DNA of 64,000 bases from Candidatus Pacearchaeota archaeon (GTDB lineage: Archaea > Nanobdellota > Nanobdellia > Pacearchaeales > GW2011-AR1): NCBI GenBank assembly GCA_017609405.1, contig JAFCDZ010000002.1:22593-86592 (forward strand). Reading direction: 5' to 3'. The notes under the pieces were generated by a model. The model was not told the DNA's origin. It saw nothing but the letters and a program-made list of their open reading frames with translations, and made no database searches. Of the stretch, positions 59,951 through 64,000 are shown piece after piece. Each line of letters starts with the position of its first letter. The stretch's first letter is position 1. Position numbers and translations under genes: made by a program.

Positions 59951-60023
59951 CGCCCCGGCCGAGATTCGAACTCGGGTCACAGCCTCGAAAGGGCTGTATA
60001 CTTGGCCTCTGTACTACCGGGGC
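59951..60023 (-). tRNA. tRNA-Glu (anticodon UUC)
   Basis: Hand-folded: GCCCCGG..anticodon arm CAGCC-CTTTCGA-GGCTG..T-arm CCGAG-TTCGAAT-CTCGG..CCGGGGC-G. 73 nt. Confidence 0.9.
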
Positions 60024-60178
60024 TTAATAAAACTTTAATTAGAAGATAGTTTTTAAAAGTAACTGTTCTCACTTTTCAAATAATTTTCTCCATAGCCCTT
60101 TTGGTGATTGTTTAAGAAGGCCTTTATAATATAATTTTTTTGCTTCATGAAGAGTAATCTCTAAGGGTTTAGACTCCT

Positions 60179-60370
60179 TTATTTTCCTTCATTTAATGAA
60201 ACTATTTTAGTGATTTCATGACATACTTCATGACAGTATATCTCTCCACTCATCCAATCATACAAAACAGGACCCTCCCTAATTGGCATTCTACATTTTG
60301 GATTATCGCAATAAAGGACGATTTCTCTATAATCTCTCACCAATAATTCAAATATTTTCTTCAAGAACAT
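60179..60370 (-). CDS. small hypothetical Cys/His-containing protein
   Basis: 63-aa ORF containing CDNPKC...CHEVCH. Confidence 0.35.
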   Translation of the reverse strand: MFLKKIFELLVRDYREIVLYCDNPKCRMPIREGPVLYDWMSGEIYCHEVCHEITKIVSLNEGK

Positions 60371-60426
60371 AGATTTTTCTTAAATTAATAAACTTAAAAA
60401 ATCTCAAAAAAATAAAAGAGGGGGAA

Positions 60427-60846
60427 TTATTTTTCCCCCCATGCAACAATACCTAATACAATTAGATAAAAAATTACCCCAATTAATCCAACATAAGGGA
60501 ACCAACTTATTAACTGAGCTAATGCCCACCATCCAGGATAGTTTAAAGATTCAAAAACTTTCCAATTAGCAATAATTAAGAGGACCTGTAAAGGAATCCA
60601 ACCTAATAAAGGTATTAAAATTAAAAATACCCATGCCCAATGAAATCCCCCTAATTGTAATAATAAGCTAATATTTGCTACAGGTATCCAAGCTAACCAG
60701 GGATATGGATGGTTCTTTTTCTTTGCAATTTTCATCCATGCAAGTGAGGAATAAACATATAAACCTATTGCAATTGTTGCAGCAATTATCCCAAATAAAA
60801 TAATCATTGGTCCTGCTATATTTTCATTAATCATTTGTTGAAACAT
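60427..60846 (-). CDS. hypothetical membrane protein
   Basis: 139 aa with four hydrophobic helices and many Trp residues. Confidence 0.5.
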   Translation of the reverse strand: MFQQMINENIAGPMIILFGIIAATIAIGLYVYSSLAWMKIAKKKNHPYPWLAWIPVANISLLLQLGGFHWAWVFLILIPLLGWIPLQVLLIIANWKVFESLNYPGWWALAQLISWFPYVGLIGVIFYLIVLGIVAWGEK

Positions 60847-60931
60847 TTTATTTCACCTCCTTTCACTTTTTTACAAGGCAGTTTTTTCAAATCCCTGCTG
60901 GATTAATAATCCTATGGGACCTGCCTTAGGT

Positions 60932-60953
60932 TAAATGAGCCTGCGCGGATTTG
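60932..60953 (-). repeat. 22-nt direct duplicate of the tRNA-Ile 3' end
   Basis: taaatgagcctgcgcggatttg is identical to 61036-61057. Confidence 0.9.
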
Positions 60954-61035
60954 GGCCTCACAGTTACTCTGTTGCTCGACCTGATACGCTTGCTCGTTAC
61001 ACTCGCAATCATATCAAACCGCGAGCGGTTCAAAG
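60954..61035 (-). other. 82-nt GC-rich insert between tRNA-Ile and its duplicated 3' end
   Basis: Starts with ggcctcacag...tcgacctgatacgctt, which it shares with the Lys-locus insert. Ends with ccgcgagcggttcaaag, an inverted copy of the tRNA-Ile T-arm. Confidence 0.7.
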
Positions 61036-61039
61036 TAAA

Positions 61040-61114
61040 TGAGCCTGCGCGGATTTGAACCGCGGACCCCTACCTTATCAGAGTAGTGCTCTAACCTGGC
61101 TGAGCTACAGGCTC
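61040..61114 (-). tRNA. tRNA-Ile (anticodon GAU)
   Basis: Hand-folded: GAGCCTG/TA/GCTC-AGCCAGGTTA-GAGC/A/CTACT-CTGATAA-GGTAG/GGGTC/CGCGG-TTCAAAT-CCGCG/CAGGCTC/A. 75 nt. Confidence 0.9.
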
Positions 61115-61161
61115 ATGGTTTTAGTAGCCAGACGGGTTTTAGCGGAATCTTTGATTCCAGC

Positions 61162-61187
61162 CTAACCTGGCTGAGCTACAGGCTCAT
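61162..61187 (-). repeat. 26-nt direct duplicate of the tRNA-Ile 5' end (2 nt of leader plus positions 1 to about 22)
   Basis: ctaacctggctgagctacaggctcat is identical to 61091-61116. The two copies are separated by a 45-nt spacer (61117-61161). Confidence 0.9.
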
Positions 61188-61300
61188 TTTTATATAATTA
61201 TGATATCTAAAAACATTTAAAAAATTATGGTTTTTGAGTTTTAGAATATTTAAGGATAATAATTGATTTTTAATTCTTACTATCCAAATAAACAAGAGGC

Positions 61301-61964
61301 TCATACAGGAAGGTGATAACTTATATTCCTCTCTGGAACTAAAATTCTTAGAGAATGAGTTGTTCTAATTTTTGAAAAGCCATGATCCGATTGGCGATAG
61401 AGGTAAGGTTTTTTTGCAGGAGTATAACCATGAAGGAAAATTTCATGGTCTTTTGTCATTTCAACTATCAAATCTCCTAACTTTTTTTCAAATCTTTCTA
61501 AATTACCTCTATTTAATGTAGTCTGTTCTCGAATTCTCCTGGCAGTTTTCCATTCTTCGTGTTCTGTCTGTGGATATTCTACTAATAATGCATGTGTGTG
61601 ATATTCTAAACCAATTTTTTGGTTTCTAGACAATAACTGTCTTTCGAGATCTCTAAGCCAGGAGGAATTTAGGATATCTAAAAAATGAACATGTTCTAAT
61701 TCTTTAAATTTATCTAGAGCAATATATAAACCCGTAGCAATTGCTTTACTACCCCTTCTTTTAACTGTTATAAAACCCCCATCCTCTAATGAATTCCTTA
61801 ATCCCCCACGTTAATCTATTAATTAATTGTCCATATATCTGTTCAGGAAGAATAAGTTCTTCAACTCCTGTCATATCTTCATAAGGCTCTCCTTGAAATC
61901 TTTTTAATAGGGGTATCATGCTTTCAAAGAATACTCTAATGCTTATAAGATTTCCTATCAGCAT
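61301..61964 (-). pseudogene. hypothetical gene split by a frameshift (ORFs 61761-61964 and 61301-61633 plus a startless in-frame extension)
   Basis: The frame of the downstream ORF stays open upstream to about 61795 with no start codon, and it overlaps the end of the upstream ORF in another frame. The junction lies at two C5/G5 homopolymer runs (about 61775-61790). Confidence 0.5.
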
Positions 61965-62490
61965 CCAAAAACTCTTTTAACTTATTCAATGCAATTCTTC
62001 TCATACTAATTGAATTTTTTTCTTCTTGTGTCATTTCTGCAAAAGTTTTTGTAGAGCCTTCTGGTTTAAAAATAGGGTCCCATCCAAAACCATTCCCAGA
62101 GCTTGGGGCAACAATCTTCCCTTTTATTGAGCCTTCAAAAAAATAAATATTGTCTTTAAAATAACCAATTATTGTTTTTGCTTCTGCATTATAATTTCCA
62201 AAAGTTTCTGCAATTTTATACAGCCCCTCATTGCCGATTGTTTTCATAAACCATTTAATTAAAGGACCTGGAAGACCATTTAGGCAATCAAAGTATAATG
62301 AAGTATCTTCAACAATAAATTCTGCTTTTTTATGTTTCAAGGCTTCAAGAAGTTTTGAGCGAATAATTTCTTTTGCATCAATGCTTTGGATTTCTGGCAA
62401 ATCAATATCTAATTGCTCAAGCTCAGGAATTATGGATTTAGCTTCTCTGAACTTATTTTTGTTTCCTGTTATGAAAAATATTCTTTTCAT
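61936..62490 (-). CDS. non-canonical purine NTP pyrophosphatase (HAM1/RdgB family)
   Basis: FITGNKNKFREA, EDTSL and GFGWDPIF motifs. 184 aa. Confidence 0.9.
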   Translation of the reverse strand: MKRIFFITGNKNKFREAKSIIPELEQLDIDLPEIQSIDAKEIIRSKLLEALKHKKAEFIVEDTSLYFDCLNGLPGPLIKWFMKTIGNEGLYKIAETFGNYNAEAKTIIGYFKDNIYFFEGSIKGKIVAPSSGNGFGWDPIFKPEGSTKTFAEMTQEEKNSISMRRIALNKLKEFLDADRKSYKH

Positions 62491-62491
62491 C

Positions 62492-63688
62492 TTAATGAGT
62501 TACAATTTCTAAAGCATCTCTGTGCTTCAAAACATAATCTTTTCCAAGTGCTTTTTTTGTTCTGGCGTCAATTGCTTTAATGAAATTTTTTCCAAAATCA
62601 GTATGAAGAAAGTAAGCAAAGTCAAGTGCAGTAGAGCCTGGAGGCAATAAAAAACAATCTGGAAGAATATTTCCTTTTGAATCTGAGAGTTTGGTTGCAG
62701 AAGCAGGAAAAACAGCAACATAACCAAGAAGCTCAAATACAGCAGAGTTTAAAACATCCTGAACACCTGTGCTTCCATAGATTTTTAGGACATTTTCTCG
62801 AATCTTCTCTAATGCTTGTTTTTGTTTATCATTTAACTCTCCGATTATCTTGAAATCACTCTCTCCAGGAATATACTCAATTAATCCTGCTTTTGCTGCT
62901 TCTCTTAATGCTAATTCAGAATCTGCAGAGCAAGGGATAATTTTGATGTCTGGAAATTCCTTTTTCATTTTTTCAATATTTTCTTTTGCTTGGGGGTGGT
63001 CACACTTATTTGCAGCAATAATCATTGGCTTTGATTCTTTTCTTAATTCAGAAGCGAACTCAAAAATTTGCTCTTCACTCCAATTACTCGGAGATTCTGG
63101 AAGTGATAATTTTAATAAAACTTTCTTAACTTGCTCTTCATTAACTTTTAATCCAGAAAACTGAGTTGCAACTGCTTGAGAAAAACTTGGACCTCCTTGC
63201 TGTTTGCTTTCTAATTCTGCTTTTCTTGCAAAAGTTTTCCAAACTTTCATAAAAATATTATAATACCATTTATCTAATTCTTCGTTCAAAAACCTAATAT
63301 CTTCGCAAGGGTTATGGCCTTCTGTTTGTTTTCCTTCAATGTCTGTTGTTCCAGATGCATCAACTATGTGAATAAAAACATCTGCTTGTCTTAAATCATC
63401 TAAAAATTGATTTCCTAACCCTTTTCCTTCAGAAGCTCCAGGAACTAAACCAGCAACATCCATTAATTCAATTGGAACAAACCTTTTATGATTAATGCAA
63501 AATCCATGAGATGGGTTGCATTGAACACCGAATTCTTTGTCTATGCAATCAACTTTAACATAACCAACTCCATGATTTGGCTTGATTGTAGTAAAAGGAT
63601 AAGACGCGATTTCAACTTCTGCAAGAGTCGCTGCTTTAAAAAAAGTGGATTTTCCAACACTTGGCTTTCCAACTAATCCTAAAAGCAT
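62492..63688 (-). CDS. ychF: Obg-like ATPase/GTPase of the YchF/OLA1 family with a C-terminal TGS domain
   Basis: G1 [20 protein letters not shown] and NKCD, plus a C-terminal TGS-like beta-grasp domain. Confidence 0.85.
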   Translation of the reverse strand: MLLGLVGKPSVGKSTFFKAATLAEVEIASYPFTTIKPNHGVGYVKVDCIDKEFGVQCNPSHGFCINHKRFVPIELMDVAGLVPGASEGKGLGNQFLDDLRQADVFIHIVDASGTTDIEGKQTEGHNPCEDIRFLNEELDKWYYNIFMKVWKTFARKAELESKQQGGPSFSQAVATQFSGLKVNEEQVKKVLLKLSLPESPSNWSEEQIFEFASELRKESKPMIIAANKCDHPQAKENIEKMKKEFPDIKIIPCSADSELALREAAKAGLIEYIPGESDFKIIGELNDKQKQALEKIRENVLKIYGSTGVQDVLNSAVFELLGYVAVFPASATKLSDSKGNILPDCFLLPPGSTALDFAYFLHTDFGKNFIKAIDARTKKALGKDYVLKHRDALEIVTH

Positions 63689-64000
63689 ATTTTGAATAAT
63701 TTAAAAGGATTTATAAGGTTTTGTTTGAGGGTTTGGGCATTTAAAAAAAGTGGTTTGACCTTACTATAAAAAACCAACGATAGATTTAAATAATCATCAA
63801 TTTATCTTTATATATGTTAAATAATAAACCAAAAAGTGTTTTAATAGCTTTAACTTTGCTTTGGATAGGTCTATTATAGATGTTTTGAATAGCATAATAA
63901 TTAATTTTTTAGACCCTATTAATTTCATTAATTTTATACAAACTACTAACTCCTTTAAATATGCTTTTTATATCTTTATATCTATTTTTTATTTAATCCT

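Overview
The window is a strongly AT-rich, very compact archaeal chromosome fragment. The archaeal call rests on the rpoH-rpoB-rpoA1 operon, aIF5B, the rpoE1-spt4-rps24e-rps27ae cluster, uS10, Elp3 and a class-III-signal pilin. The gene content and style resemble a reduced, DPANN-like genome; that lineage guess is inference only. Housekeeping genes dominate: RNA polymerase subunits, translation factors, SerRS, a short GluRS-like protein, a Trx/TrxR/G6PD-like redox module, bacterial-type GroES/GroEL, Kef, Nth, NUDIX, HAM1 and YchF. Four minus-strand tRNA genes were found by eye: Lys-UUU, Asp-GUC, Glu-UUC and Ile-GAU. Three accessory-looking parts stand out. (1) At 31.6-36.8 kb there is a cassette of a small acidic ORF, a PqqD-like protein and a radical SAM/SPASM enzyme. 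It converges on a four-gene operon encoding a second radical SAM enzyme, an unknown protein, a stand-alone PEP-utilising swivel domain and an acetolactate-synthase-like ThDP enzyme. This is the best candidate for an undescribed peptide or cofactor maturation system. (2) Three of the four tRNA genes are followed by direct duplications of their own ends, and tRNA-Ile is also preceded by one. These duplications bracket short GC-rich inserts. The Lys and Ile inserts share a conserved motif. (3) A 48.7-59.3 kb cell-surface glycosylation island carries GT2, GT4 and GT-C-like genes plus a sulfotransferase. Other observations are a 42-bp palindromic tandem array in the NUDIX/elp3 divergent promoter, a dispersed bipartite intergenic motif, a 27-nt perfect intergenic repeat, a long wobble-containing hairpin after rps27ae, and a frameshifted gene. 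No CRISPR array, rRNA gene, transposase or integrase was seen. All calls come from reading the sequence and the ORF track; no database search was run.
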